From the NCBI RefSeq assembly GCF_009914755.1, contig NC_060936.1: a stretch of DNA of 64,000 bases; one strand, given 5' to 3'. Each line of letters starts with the position of its first letter. Within the stretch, counting starts at the first letter, position 1. Below are positions 1-12,989 of the stretch, one piece after another. This DNA comes from the human T2T-CHM13v2.0 reference genome, Homo sapiens. The notes below the pieces were generated by a model that saw only the letters and a program-made list of their open reading frames with translations, did no database searches and was not told the origin of the DNA. The translations under genes were made by a program, and so were the position numbers.

Positions 1-1667
1 TTCTGCCATGATTGTAAGTTTCCTGAGGCCTGCCCAGCCATGCTTCCTGTACAGCCTGTGGAACGGTGAGTCAATTAAGCCGCTTTTCTTTACCCAGTCT
101 CAGGTAGTTCTTTATAGCAATGCTTGAATGGACTTATATAGAAAATTGGTACCAAGAAGTGGGGGCATTGCCATACAGATACCTGAAAATGTGGAAGTGA
201 CTTTGGAACTGCGTACCAGGCAGAGGTTGGAACAGTTTGGAGGGCTCAGAAGAAGACAGGCAGATGAGGGAAAGTTTGGAACTTCCTAGAGACTTGTTAA
301 ATTGTTGTGACCAAAATGCTGATAGTGATATGAACAATGAAGTCCAGGGTGAGGTGGTCTCAGATGGAGATGAAAAACTTATTGGGAACTGGAGTAAAGG
401 TCACTTTAGTTATGCATTAGCAAAGAGGATTGTGCCCCTGCCCTAGAGATCTGTGAAACTTTGAACTTGAGAGTGATGATTTTGGGTATCTGGCAGAAGA
501 AATTCTAAGCAGCAAAATGTTCAAGACTTGGCTTGTCTGCTTCTAGCAGCCTATGCTTATATTCATGAGCAAAGAGATGATCTGAAAGTGGAACTTATAT
601 TTAAAAAGGAAGCACAGCATAAAAGTTTGGAAAATTTGCAGCCTGACCATGTGGTAGAGAAGAAAAACCCATTTTCTGGGGAGGAATTCAAGCTGGCTTC
701 AGAAATTTGCGTAAGTAAAGAGGAGCCCAATGTTTATAGCCAAGACAATGGGGAAAATGCTTCAAAGACATTTCTGGAGACCTGCTTGCACCATGCCTGG
801 ATAAGCACAGGCACTCAACCCCAGCTCATGAAAGCAGCCAAGCAGCCGAGGGGGCTGTACCCTCCAGAGCCATAGGGACAGAGATGCCCAAGGCCTTGGG
901 AGCCCACCCCTTGTACAAGTGTGCCCTGGATATGAGACATGGAGTCAGAGGAGATTATTTTGGAGATTTAAGATTTAATGACTTCCCTGCTGGGTTTCAG
1001 ACTTGCATGGGGCTTGTAGCCCCTTTGTTTTGGCTGATTTCTCCCTTTTGGAAAGGGTGTATTTACCCAATGCCTGTACCCCCATTGTATCTTAGAAGTA
1101 ACTCACTGTTTTTTATTTCACAGACTTATAGGTAGAAGGGACTTGCCTCGTCTCAGGTGAGACTTTGGGCTGCAGACTTCTGAGTTAATGCTGATATGAG
1201 TTAAGACTTGGGGGACTATTGAGAAGGGATGATTGTAGTTTGCAATTTGAGAAGGACATGAGATTTGGGAGGGGCCAGAGGTGGAATGATATGGTTTGGA
1301 TTTGTGTCCCCGCCTAAATCTCATGTTGAGTTGTAACCCTACTGTTGGAGGAGGGGCCTGGTGGGAGGTGATTGGATCATGGGGGCAGATCTCCCCCTTG
1401 CTGTTCTCATAATAGTGAGTGAGTTCTCACAAGATCTGGTTGTTTAAAAATGTGTGGCACCTCCCCTGCCCTCTTCCTCCTTCTCCAGCCATGTAAGACG
1501 TGCCTGCTTCCCTCTTGCCTTCCTCCATGATTGTAAGTTTCCTGAAGCCTCCCCAGCCATGCTTCCTGTACAGCCATGCAGAACTGTGAGTCAATTCAAC
1601 CTCTTTTCTTTATAAATTATCCAGTCTCAGGTAGTACTTTATAGCAATGTGAGAACAGACTAATACA
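1..1667 (+). mobile_element. MST-family (MSTA/MSTB-like) MaLR retroelement: end of left LTR (1-~140), internal region (~141-1286), complete right LTR (1287-1667)
   Basis: The LTR runs TGATATGGTTTGG...GACTAATACA; 1-140 repeats 1520-1667; a purine tract precedes the right LTR; the internal sequence is typical of THE1/MST-int. Confidence 0.9.
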
Positions 1668-1956
1668 ATCTACTTCAAAATGACAGAGTATTTTCCTGAA
1701 ATAATTAGACCATCATGTTTTCGAGGTGAAAATGATTGGTTTAGTGACTGGGTTGGGCCTGACCCAAGTCCAGCCAATCAGAATCAAAGAGACTCAATTC
1801 TGCAGCTTTTATGATATCTGTGAGAAGTGAATTAGCTCTTTCCTGCTGAACTTGGCATATGAAAAGCTGTAGGGGATAGAGCTGCTACTCTAATTTGCTC
1901 CCAGTAAAGCCAAGCTACTTCAAGGCAGAGGGCAGAGAGAGTACCAACTCTCTCAC

Positions 1957-2607
1957 TGATACAGGAACCAGAAAGAAATTATTTAGGCAGATAGGGTAAA
2001 CGAGTCTTTGGCAGAATTTCCCTTTTAACAAAAAGCAGCCCCCAAATTATTTTTTTCTAACTAAGGACAGCTTGAAAAATTGAGCTGCAAAAATAGATAA
2101 GCAACTGGAAGTTTACATGGGTGAATGCCAGCATCTGTGCCAATAGAAGAGGGCTACCTGGGAACCAGGTATGTTTGGCATGGAGGCTCCATCTTCCCTT
2201 TTCTTTGTTACCATGTGTACAGTAAAGAAACAGGCAACATGGCACCGGCCAGGTAAATAACCCATCTGCGTAATAAAAGATTAGGGTGGGTGCAGCCAGC
2301 TTTTTGTGCCCTATGCATATGGCACCCCTAGCTCTAACCAGTTTTTCACACCTTATGCAAATGGCACACCTGGTCCATGCAATCTTTTGTGCCCTATGTT
2401 AATCAGACACCACCTCCTCAAGCTCACCTATAAAACCTGCTGCATGTGCCTGTTCGGGACCCCTCTCTCTGCAGGAGAGAGCTCTTCTCTTTCTTTTGCC
2501 TGTTAAGCCTCAGCTCTTAACCTCACTCCTAGTGTGTCCATGTCCTTGATTTCCTTGGCATGAGACAACAAACCTAGGAAATCACCCCAGACAGTGAGGC
2601 CACTTCA
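1957..2607 (+). mobile_element. ERV1 solo LTR, MER50-like, inserted into an older MLT1 fragment
   Basis: Starts TGATACAGGAACCAGAAAGAAATTATTTAGGC and ends GCCACTTCA (TG..CA); flanks tcac/tcat resemble a 4-bp TSD. Confidence 0.75.
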
Positions 2608-2835
2608 TCATGACATTGTTTGAGTCTCAAATACAGTTATGCCTGAAGTTCTACTCCCACAATTTTTAGTTAGGGGAGCAGTTCATTCTTTTGTCAATTT
2701 GGGTCTGTCACTTAAAATCAAAAGCGACCTAACTGATATACAATTCACTATGAAAACAGGCAAAAGACATGAAAAAAAGAGTTGCTTTTAAATATAAAAA
2801 GCTATTCAACCTCACTCATAAAGAAATGTACATTA

Positions 2836-3180
<345 letters not shown>

Positions 3181-3264
3181 CTCAATAACCTTTACCTCTA
3201 GAGAGAGGTACTGGGAGACAAGCCTAGGGTAAGAGACAGATTTAGTTTTCACCACATGTCATTT

Positions 3265-4135
3265 TGTTGGGGCAGACAGCCTCTAAAATGGCCCCCATTT
3301 CCCCGCCTCTGATATTCACACCCTTGCTTGGCCCCTCCCCTTGAGTATGGGCAAGAGCTATAACTCACTTCTGACCAACAGAACACAGGAAAGGTGATGG
3401 AATGTCACTTCCATGCTTAGGTTACATAAGATAGCAACTTCTGTCTTGATAGCAGCCCCTCTCGTTTGATGCTTTATGAAGCAAGCTGCCATACTGGAGA
3501 GGCCCATGTGCAAGGAGTTGAGGGCCAACAACCAGCAAGGGACTGAGGCCCTTGATGAATTGAATTCTGATAACAACTACATGAGCTTGAAAGCAGATCC
3601 TATCTCAGTTGAGCCTTCAGATGAGACCCCATCCTGGTTGACACCTTGATTGCAGCCTTGTGAATCAGAAGATTCACTGTTAAGCAGTTAAACTGTGTCC
3701 AGATTTCTGACCCACTGAAACTATGAGATCATATATGTGTGTGGTTTTAAGCTGCCAAAAAAAAAAAAAAGCCCCAAAACAAAACAAAACAAGACAAATT
3801 AGCTGGACATGGTGGTGTGCAACTGTAGTCCCAGCTATTACATTTGGAGGGCAGAGGCAGGAGGATCATTTGAACATGGGAGGTTGAGGCTGCAGGGAGC
3901 TGAGATTGTGTCACTGTACTCCAGCCAGTCTGGGTGACAAAGTGAGACCCTGTCTCCAAAAAATAAACAAACAAAGGCTGCAGCATCAAATCTTGCCTGC
4001 TGGCCTGCCCCACAGATTTCAACCTTGCCAGCAGCACCCATAATTGCATGAACCAGTTCCTAAGAGTAACTCTCCACCCAACCATCATCTATGCATATTT
4101 CCTGTTGGTTCCGTTTCTCTGGAGAACCCTAATAT
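3265..4135 (+). mobile_element. MLT1 LTR, Alu right monomer (~3797-3965) and MLT2 3' fragment
   Basis: MLT1-type motifs (ggcccatgtgcaaggag, cttcagatgagacc, ttttaagctgc); MLT2-type end gtttctctggagaaccctaata. Confidence 0.65.
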
Positions 4136-4959
4136 GGGTAAGTTCTGTTATTTCCCCCATTTTAATCATGGAGAAGGCGGGGTCTGAGAACAATTTGCTT
4201 AAATAGCTGGTAAGCAGAACCTGGACATGGACCCAAAAAGTTTGGCTCCAGAGCCCTTGAAAATAACCATTATACTATTCTGTAACTAAGGACAACTGTG
4301 CTGGCTGCCTATCTCACTGGAGTTTTGTACCTTTTTTTTTTTTCTGATTTGTAAAGGGTCATTCAAGTGCAGTGCATCTGCTTAGAGAACCAGATAGCAT
4401 GGAAGTGAAATGACCCTTGACTGATGAGCAGAGACCCATCCGTTCTTCTCAGCTGTTGTGCTGCCATCCTCCCCACCATGCAACTCTTCACAGCTACTAT
4501 TTTGTTGTCCAGCGGTCTATGCTATGGTCTTATTGTCCTTCCTGAGCAAGCATAGTCAGGGTCCTGCTGGCCAAATGTACAGTAGTCTTTTAAAGGAGAC
4601 TGTTCTTTGGAAGATACTGCAGGGAAACAGAATAGAGAGGATTCATTCAGAATTCCCCTCAAGGAGTTTGAATCTATATCTAGGGGTTGTGGGTAAATAA
4701 CTGGAACTGCCTTCCTGACTGCCTGCTGGGAACCAGCCTATGTTCCCAGACCTCCAGACCTGCATCATAATCCTCAAACCAGATACATGCGAACTCCTCA
4801 CTGCAGAGCCCAGCATTTGTTGGAGGTCTTTCTTCTGTGGAACTAAACTCACACATTCTTCAAATTATTGGTGAATCCAAATTGCATAACCCTACACATA
4901 GAACTTAATTAGGGTTCACAGAGAGTCTGTAAAGCAATTCTTTTAAAGAAGCTTCTTCT

Positions 4960-5102
4960 GGCCAGGCCAGTGGCTCACACCTGTAATCTCAGCACTTTGG
5001 GAGGCCAAAGCAGGAGGATCATTGAGGCCAGGAGTTCAAGACTACCCTGGGCGGCAAAGCAAGATTCCATCTCTACTAAAAAATAAAATATATATATATA
5101 TT
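4960..5102 (+). mobile_element. Alu left monomer (FLAM-like) with (TA)n tail
   Basis: Monomer flanked by the direct repeat gcttcttctg. Confidence 0.85.
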
Positions 5103-5837
5103 TATAAAAGAGGCTTCTTCTGAGAAAGAAAATATAGAGCTCTTGAAGTGTTCAATTGTCCAAAAAAGTTCAGAATGGCCCGGATTGTAGGGGCTTACTT
5201 TAAAATACATTTAACTGCCTGCTTACCAGCAGCATATGAACATTCACTTGTAGGGAAACTCTAGATACACTGCGATGAAAAAGTCCATGAATTCTCTGAG
5301 TCAATGATGAAAAGAGCGGAAAAGGAAAAGACAGGCCCTGGCAAGTGTGGGTGGCACTAATGCCAGCTTGGTGGTCTGATGGAGTTTTTTGAAAATGATC
5401 ACATTTGTAGAATGGGTTTAAAACAATATTTTGACTAGTGATTTCATGTCTGAAAAGGGTATTATTTTGGAATTTCCTCCAGTGTTTAAATGCTTTGTGT
5501 TTTGAACACACTGATTGATTACTTAATCTACAGCTGCTTCTGGGTGCTCAGCAATTTTCCCTGTCTTGTTGCTATGAGACGAGGACTTCCCTGAATTCGC
5601 CAGTGTGACAGGCATCGTGAAGAGGTGGTGGGCTCTGCCCACAAGTCACAGTGCCATCAAGCGGTCATTCTGGAAAACTGTTAGAGGAAGTCGGTTTGTT
5701 TCCACTGTTCTCTAATTATGGCACTCTAAGGTCATCATTTTCACAGATGAATTAGCAGGTTAAATGAACAGTGAAGGCTTATGTATTCCTTTCATATTCT
5801 CCTGCACACAGTTTGGATTTTTAAAAATCGAATACAT

Positions 5838-6165
5838 CCAGCCCGGCCAACATGGTGAAACCCCGTCTCTACTAAAAATACAAAAAAATTAGCAGGGCGT
5901 GTTGGCACGGGGCCTGTAATCCCAGCTACTCAGGAGGCTGAGGCAGGAGAATCACTTGAACCTGGGAGGCGAAGGTTGCAGTGAGCCAAGATGAGTGCAG
6001 TGGCAGATCTCAGCTGTAACCTCCGCCTCCTGGGTAGCTGGGACTACAGGCACACGCACCACACCCGGCTAATTGTAGAGATGAGGGGTCTCACTATGTT
6101 GCCCAGACTGGTCTCAAGCTCCTGGGCTCAAGCGATCTGCCTGCCTGGCCTCCCAGAGTGCTGAG
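5838..6165. mobile_element. Two fused Alu fragments in opposite orientation
   Basis: Plus-strand Alu middle part 5838-5992 joined directly to a minus-strand Alu 5993-6165. Confidence 0.85.
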
Positions 6166-6204
6166 GAATAAATAAAACTAATGTATTAAAAAATAAATGA
6201 ATCA

Positions 6205-6898
<694 letters not shown>

Positions 6899-7876
6899 TT
6901 AACCGGTGGGTAGGGGACATTGCAGGTTAGCCCTAACTTCACATCTCTTGGTCTCAATTTCCGCTTCTAACTAATGAAGGGCTTGGCCTGGGTCTCCCAA
7001 CATCCCTTCTGCTCTGAAAGTGTCTAATTCCTTGCTTCTTTTACATATGGTTTTTAGAGGAGCATAACCTGGAAGCGGATCCTGGTCAGGTCTCCCCAGC
7101 TGAGCCTGGTTATGTGACTTCAGAGTGAGCTTGTGCAAATGGCAGCAAAGATGGAAGGGCGGAAGAGGGTCTGTGCCCACAGGGGGAGGTGAAATTGCCA
7201 GCACTCTCTGGCAAACGACTCCACTCCCCACATGCTTGGTGGAGATGGGCCTCCACCAAGGATAAAATTGTCATTCCTGAGGGAGAAGTCTGGCCCGGGG
7301 TATCAGCTCCGGGCATGGGGGCTAAGCCTGTGATGAAAGGCTCACAGGCAAGCGCATCTGTGCAGGATGTGCTTATTGACTCAGCAGCAGGCTGGACATT
7401 AACGTATTCGATGAAGATGAGAAGAAAGGGAGAATTCAGATTCCACTCAAAGGATGCATCCCTGTCCCTTCCCTCCTCACCGACGGTTTACGAGAACCTG
7501 GAGCCAGGTAGGAGAACTGCCTCTACTGTGGAGCCTGCTTCCAACTGTTTCCTTTCTTGTACTCCTGTTTGAAGGGCCACATGATTCTGGGTGTGTGGTG
7601 CACCTCATTGTCTCCCTGTGGCTTAATTCTGGTTCTTGTGGAGTAAATGTGAGATGTAGTGAATGCTGTTCTTGTGTTGAGGGACTTAAGCAAATTTTCA
7701 TCCATCTGTGCATTATGTAAAGCCTCTTCCAAATTCAGGATAAGAGAAACACCAGGAATGCTGAATATTAAGCTAAACAAAAATACAGTGAATTACCAAC
7801 ACCCTGAGAGAACATAGTTGAATTAATACAGGTCACACGACTTTGGGGCTCTCTTGACTGTGACTTAATACTCTTA

Positions 7877-8226
<350 letters not shown>

Positions 8227-8851
8227 TCACATTGTCTCACTGAATATCCACCTACTGTAGTAAACTCCCAGAACGTTAGACACAATAGAGCTTAGAAATC
8301 ACCTAGTGTAATTCTTTTCAGTTTAAACCGAGACCTATAAATATATAAAAACAAAATGGAAACAAATTAAACTTTTCACACTGTAACTCGAAAAAATAAT
8401 ATTTCACTTAAAAAGACAATAAAACTACGGCAGGGATCTCTTCTACATTTTAACAAGTCTGAACCATGAAATTCAAGGGCTAAGTGAGGTAAATATCTGG
8501 CACATTTTGCTGTTTTAGAGCCATTTGCTGATGGGATAAGAATGTGAGGAGGATGGGAAAAGGGAGAAAGAAAAATTTGATATATTATTTCTCTCTTTGG
8601 AATCTGCAATTGAACAAAGCATCTCAACTTAAAAACATCAGCTCTGTAAATGTTTTGTAGATTAAATATTTTGTTATTCTTTGTTCCAAATATCAAAACG
8701 TAATCTTGTCTCATTCCCCTGTGTCTGGGAGGTAGGAAGGCACAGGTTTCCCTCCTTATTGCAAACATTCCGCAGCACAAGTCCAAGAACCTAGCTACAG
8801 CCAAGGAACAGGTGAAGGCCAGCTCATTACATTTCAACTAGACCCTTTTTA

Positions 8852-9322
<471 letters not shown>

Positions 9323-9369
9323 CTAGGGAGACATCTGAAATGTCAAGGAAAGAGCAACAGACAGACATG

Positions 9370-9545
9370 CGGTTAGAGGCTCGAGTTTGAATACCAGCTC
9401 TGTCACATTCCAACTTGGGCAGGTCACATAACTATTGAGTTCCAGTTTGCTCATCTATAAAAGGGATGATAATAAATATATCACAGAATTGTTGAGAGGA
9501 TAAAGGAGATAATGCATGTAGAATTGCTGAACAACTGGAGTTATT
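9370..9545 (+). mobile_element. MIR fragment
   Basis: Core-like sequence cttgggcaggtcacataac...cagtttgctcatctataaaaggga. Confidence 0.7.
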
Positions 9546-10436
9546 ATTTGCAGCTCTTGTTAACTAGGGCGTGAAAATGCATACCAGTCTTGTCTGTAAA
9601 CCCTTTATTGTTTAAATAAAAACATTTTTTAAATGTGCTGGCTGGTCCTCGATTTGAAATAATGGAGATCTGGGAACCAGAGGAAAAAAATTCCCTAGTT
9701 ATCACAGGCAAAGAAGAGTTTGAGGTTGGCCAGGGTATGGTGCTGTGCTCTGGAGAGAGATGAGGGAGAACAGGCTCTGGCTAGAGAAATGGCCTCCAGT
9801 TTCTACAAGAATGAGGAAGACAGTCCTTGCCCTTGCTGTCCTGGTGTATAGGGTAGTGCTGGGCAGCTGAAAGTCTCGGCTTGAATTGCAGAGCACAGAG
9901 AAATGCCATCTGTCATTTCTGTCTTTGGCATTTTTTAGATATGCTAGCAACAGCACCTGCTCATTTACTTGTATATAACTCAAAAATGGGAGGTGAATGT
10001 CCTAGACACAGCCTAGATGGGACACAGGTGTGAGGAAAACATTGCATTAACTTTGCATTTTTCAAGGCTTCATCAGCTGCTTAGATTAAGGAAGGATAAA
10101 AACAAGAGAAAGAGCAAGAGAAATTAAGCAACTCGTATGCTTTCTTCCCCTAAGAATCCTGATTAAAATCCAACCACAGAAGACTTGCCAGCAAGTTCCA
10201 ATATATGGCGTGCTTTCCATAGCAGATCTGGCTAGTGGTTACTTGGAGGAAGGTAACGTGACAACCTATACAATATTAACTCATCCTAAATGTTGCTTAG
10301 TGAAAGAAATATAAATCTCTGAGATAGGTGACACGGGGATTTCATTTGGAACTGAAGCCCATAGTTATAAAAATTCAGTAAGGAGGAGAAAAAGAAAACA
10401 AAATAAAACTAGATTGAATCATTAATCAAAGACTGT

Positions 10437-10744
10437 GTGTATGGCTTAGGTTTATGTTTTTGAACCAACAGTAAATAGTAAGAAAGCATTTTCTTTTTTA
10501 TGCATGTAACTAATATATTAATAGTAAAAGGACTGTTGGCTAAAGTTCAAAGTGAACGCTTTTCCTAAAACATAAAAAGCAAGTAAAATAAAACCCACAA
10601 AAACTACAGTAAACAAATGAATGCATTTTACAAAATAAAACATTTCCCTTGGAAAGTTGAGTGAAAACAAATATGTAAATAGCTTCTGTTTTTATAGTTA
10701 AAGCTTTTTAATCTCTGGTGCATAACAATTGAAAGAATGAGAAC
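10437..10744 (-). other. GPR19: GPR19 3' UTR, AU-rich, 3' end uncertain
   Basis: U-rich sequence after the TAA. Only variant poly(A) signals lie nearby: ATTAAA 10712-10707, TATAAA 10696-10691, CATAAA 10502-10497 and 10456-10451. Confidence 0.55.
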
Positions 10745-11992
10745 TTAGACAAAAGTATTTGGTGGATTTGAGTTAATGGGCCAAGCAAGCTTTTTTTCCT
10801 TGGCTTCTCTGTCAAATGAGTCATAGATCGAGTCTTTGGTAATAGTTTTGGCCATGGAAGGGATTTCTGAAATGCCAACGTAGTTTTTTTTGGCCATCCT
10901 TGAACTTGTTGTGATAGTATAGGCATTGCTTCGGTAACATTTCATAGAGGACATGCAAAAAGTCTCTTTCATCCCTCTCCGAAAATTGGCATTATAAATT
11001 GAATACAGAGTAGGTTTAGAGGCTGAAGAACTAAAGGATATCCATGTGATAGCTGTGAAAACAAGGGAACTTTTCTTATAGTCTTGTTCATGGGGGTGCC
11101 ATAGCTGAGCTACATGAAAAGGCAGCCAGGAGAGCAAAAACAACAGATTTAAAATGAGGAACATCTTGATAGTTTTCACTTTTGTCCGAGGGACAATGTT
11201 CATTGTCCTCCTCACCGTTCGGCCATCTGTGCCTATTCTCCAAATATATTTTATGACCTTTTGGTAAAATAAAATTATGAGGACAGATGGAATCACAAAG
11301 CCCACCAAGAAGTGGATGACAGTGTAGGCAGTGCCTTCCCAAGAGGAGGGGAGGAAATAGTTACAATGACTGTCCCAGTTGGAGCCATAGAAAAAGAGCA
11401 CAGGGGTCACAAAGCCTGCATCAAAGATCCACGATGCCGCAATCATTTTCTTGGCTTTTTCTCTGGACACCTTGAAGCTCAGAGGATAGACGATGGTGTA
11501 GAACCGGTCTATGCAGATGGAGAGGAGAACGTAGATCTGGACACCTGGAGTGAGATATTGAAAATATCGCACAACCTTGCACGTTGCACTACCCAGCGTC
11601 CACCTTCCAGTGGTGAACTGGAGCAGGACGAAAGGCGTGCTGGCAACGCTGATGAGAAGGTCAGCACATGCCATGGAGACCACAAAGTAGTTGGTGGTAG
11701 ACTGAGTCCTCCTACTCCTATGGATGACCAAACAAACCAGGGAATTGCCGAAGATAGAAAACAACCACAGAATCCCAAAGAAGATGCTGGCTGTGGCCAC
11801 TTCCCCGGGTTTCAGCACATAGTGAAGGTCTGTTTGGTTGCTCATCCAACTGTGCTCCTCACTTAATTCCATCAGGTATTGGCTTGGCAGAGGTGTGGCT
11901 GTTTCAGTGCAGCTGCGGTTTTGGAGGGGCACCAGAAGTGTAGGAATAATCAAATGTGGCTTGCTGTTATCCATTCTGTGAGCAAAAACCAT
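10745..11992 (-). CDS. GPR19: G protein-coupled receptor 19 (orphan class A 7TM receptor), 415 aa, intronless CDS
   Basis: ORF MVFAHRMDNSKPHL...PPNTFV with 7 hydrophobic helices and class A motifs: GN (TM1), ACAD (TM2), C at the top of TM3, DRF (TM3), W (TM4), SWLP (TM6), KPTLY (TM7). The ORF-track start at 11998 is GTG; the first ATG is at 11992-11990 in strong context (aatATGG). 1248 nt = 415 codons + stop. Confidence 0.98.
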   Translation of the reverse strand: MVFAHRMDNSKPHLIIPTLLVPLQNRSCTETATPLPSQYLMELSEEHSWMSNQTDLHYVLKPGEVATASIFFGILWLFSIFGNSLVCLVIHRSRRTQSTTNYFVVSMACADLLISVASTPFVLLQFTTGRWTLGSATCKVVRYFQYLTPGVQIYVLLSICIDRFYTIVYPLSFKVSREKAKKMIAASWIFDAGFVTPVLFFYGSNWDSHCNYFLPSSWEGTAYTVIHFLVGFVIPSVLIILFYQKVIKYIWRIGTDGRTVRRTMNIVPRTKVKTIKMFLILNLLFLLSWLPFHVAQLWHPHEQDYKKSSLVFTAITWISFSSSASKPTLYSIYNANFRRGMKETFCMSSMKCYRSNAYTITTSSRMAKKNYVGISEIPSMAKTITKDSIYDSFDREAKEKKLAWPINSNPPNTFV

Positions 11993-12014
11993 ATTCACTT
12001 TTTTTCTCTTAATT
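11993..12014 (-). other. GPR19: GPR19 last exon, 22-nt untranslated 5' part
   Basis: Minus-strand acceptor ttcttcttttccccaacCAG| with the AG at 12016-12015, 22 nt upstream of the ATG. Confidence 0.85.
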
Positions 12015-12856
12015 CTGGTTGGGGAAAAGAAGAATGAGGCCTCCTGTTAAAAAGGTGTCATACAGATTGGTTATGATTACTCAGGCTAACGATCTTATTT
12101 GACATTTACATTGATTGTCATTTGTCTTTGTGTAGGACTTGAGCGTTGGCAGGAAAACATAACTACTATCCAGAAAAAATTCTGGCCCCAACTTTGTTTT
12201 CATTTTAGGAGCTGTTTCAGCAGATCTCAGCTCAGGCTCTCTCTGGCCTCACCTTCTCTTGACCCTTAGTCATACCGAGCTCCCCTCCTACACATATCCT
12301 TGTTCCCTTCACTCATCAGGGATCACAGAATATTAGGGATCTCAAATCTGGCTCATGGTAAGGGTGTTACCACCAACTGAAGATCTGCTGGAATTCTGGG
12401 CAAGTATGTGAGAAGTTCCTAATTGTCCTAAGGTTGCAAAAGAGGAAAGCTTGGGCAGATGAAAACACACAGATTTTGACTATGGAAGTAGCTAACAGCA
12501 GTCTGTGAATGTAGACAGGCTAGCTACTGGGAAGGGTGCTGTCCTTACTTAGTGTAGATTTTCCATCACAGAAGGATTATGGTAACACATGGAGCAGTCA
12601 ACACTGCTACATGAGCCAGAAATAGCTCCTAATTTAATGACATCTGAAAATAGCTTGCTTTTTCTAAAAGACGATACAGTTCATGCACTAATAGCTTGCC
12701 ACCTACTAGTGACATATATTTTGATGCTATTCTGTTGTTATTGTTTCATAAAATACTGACTGAAGAACATACAAGATGTCCTCTAAGAAATGTAACCAGG
12801 TTACGGGAGACCTTATGGCAGTCAGGTGATTAAAAACAACAAAAAAATGTAACTGT

Positions 12857-12989
12857 TAGCTAAGCACAGTGGGGAACACCTATAGTCCCAGCTACTCAGA
12901 AGGCTGAAGCAGGAGGATCAGTTGGTCCAGAAGTTTGAATCCAGCCTGGGCAACATAGCAAGACCCTATCTCAAAAAAAAAAAAAAAAA
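12857..12989 (+). mobile_element. Alu monomer (FLAM-like)
   Basis: Monomer with poly(A), flanked by gtaact repeats. Confidence 0.85.

Noticed and set aside
237-1135. ORFs in the MST internal region
   Set aside because: Broken remnants of the MaLR internal sequence with stops and an apparent internal deletion.
7189-7720. Overlapping 80-127-aa ORFs in unique sequence
   Set aside because: The longest starts at GTG, no recognisable family, no supporting exon structure; expected by chance in GC-moderate DNA.
8376-8837. 153-aa minus-strand ORF downstream of GPR19
   Set aside because: Non-ATG start, AT-rich low-information composition, no recognisable homology.
11312-11866. 184-aa plus-strand ORF
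   Set aside because: Lies wholly antisense to the GPR19 CDS; most likely a codon shadow, with no recognisable domain or independent exon signals.
11993-11998. 417-aa start given by the ORF track
   Set aside because: The codon is GTG, two codons before a strong-context ATG; the 415-aa start is preferred.
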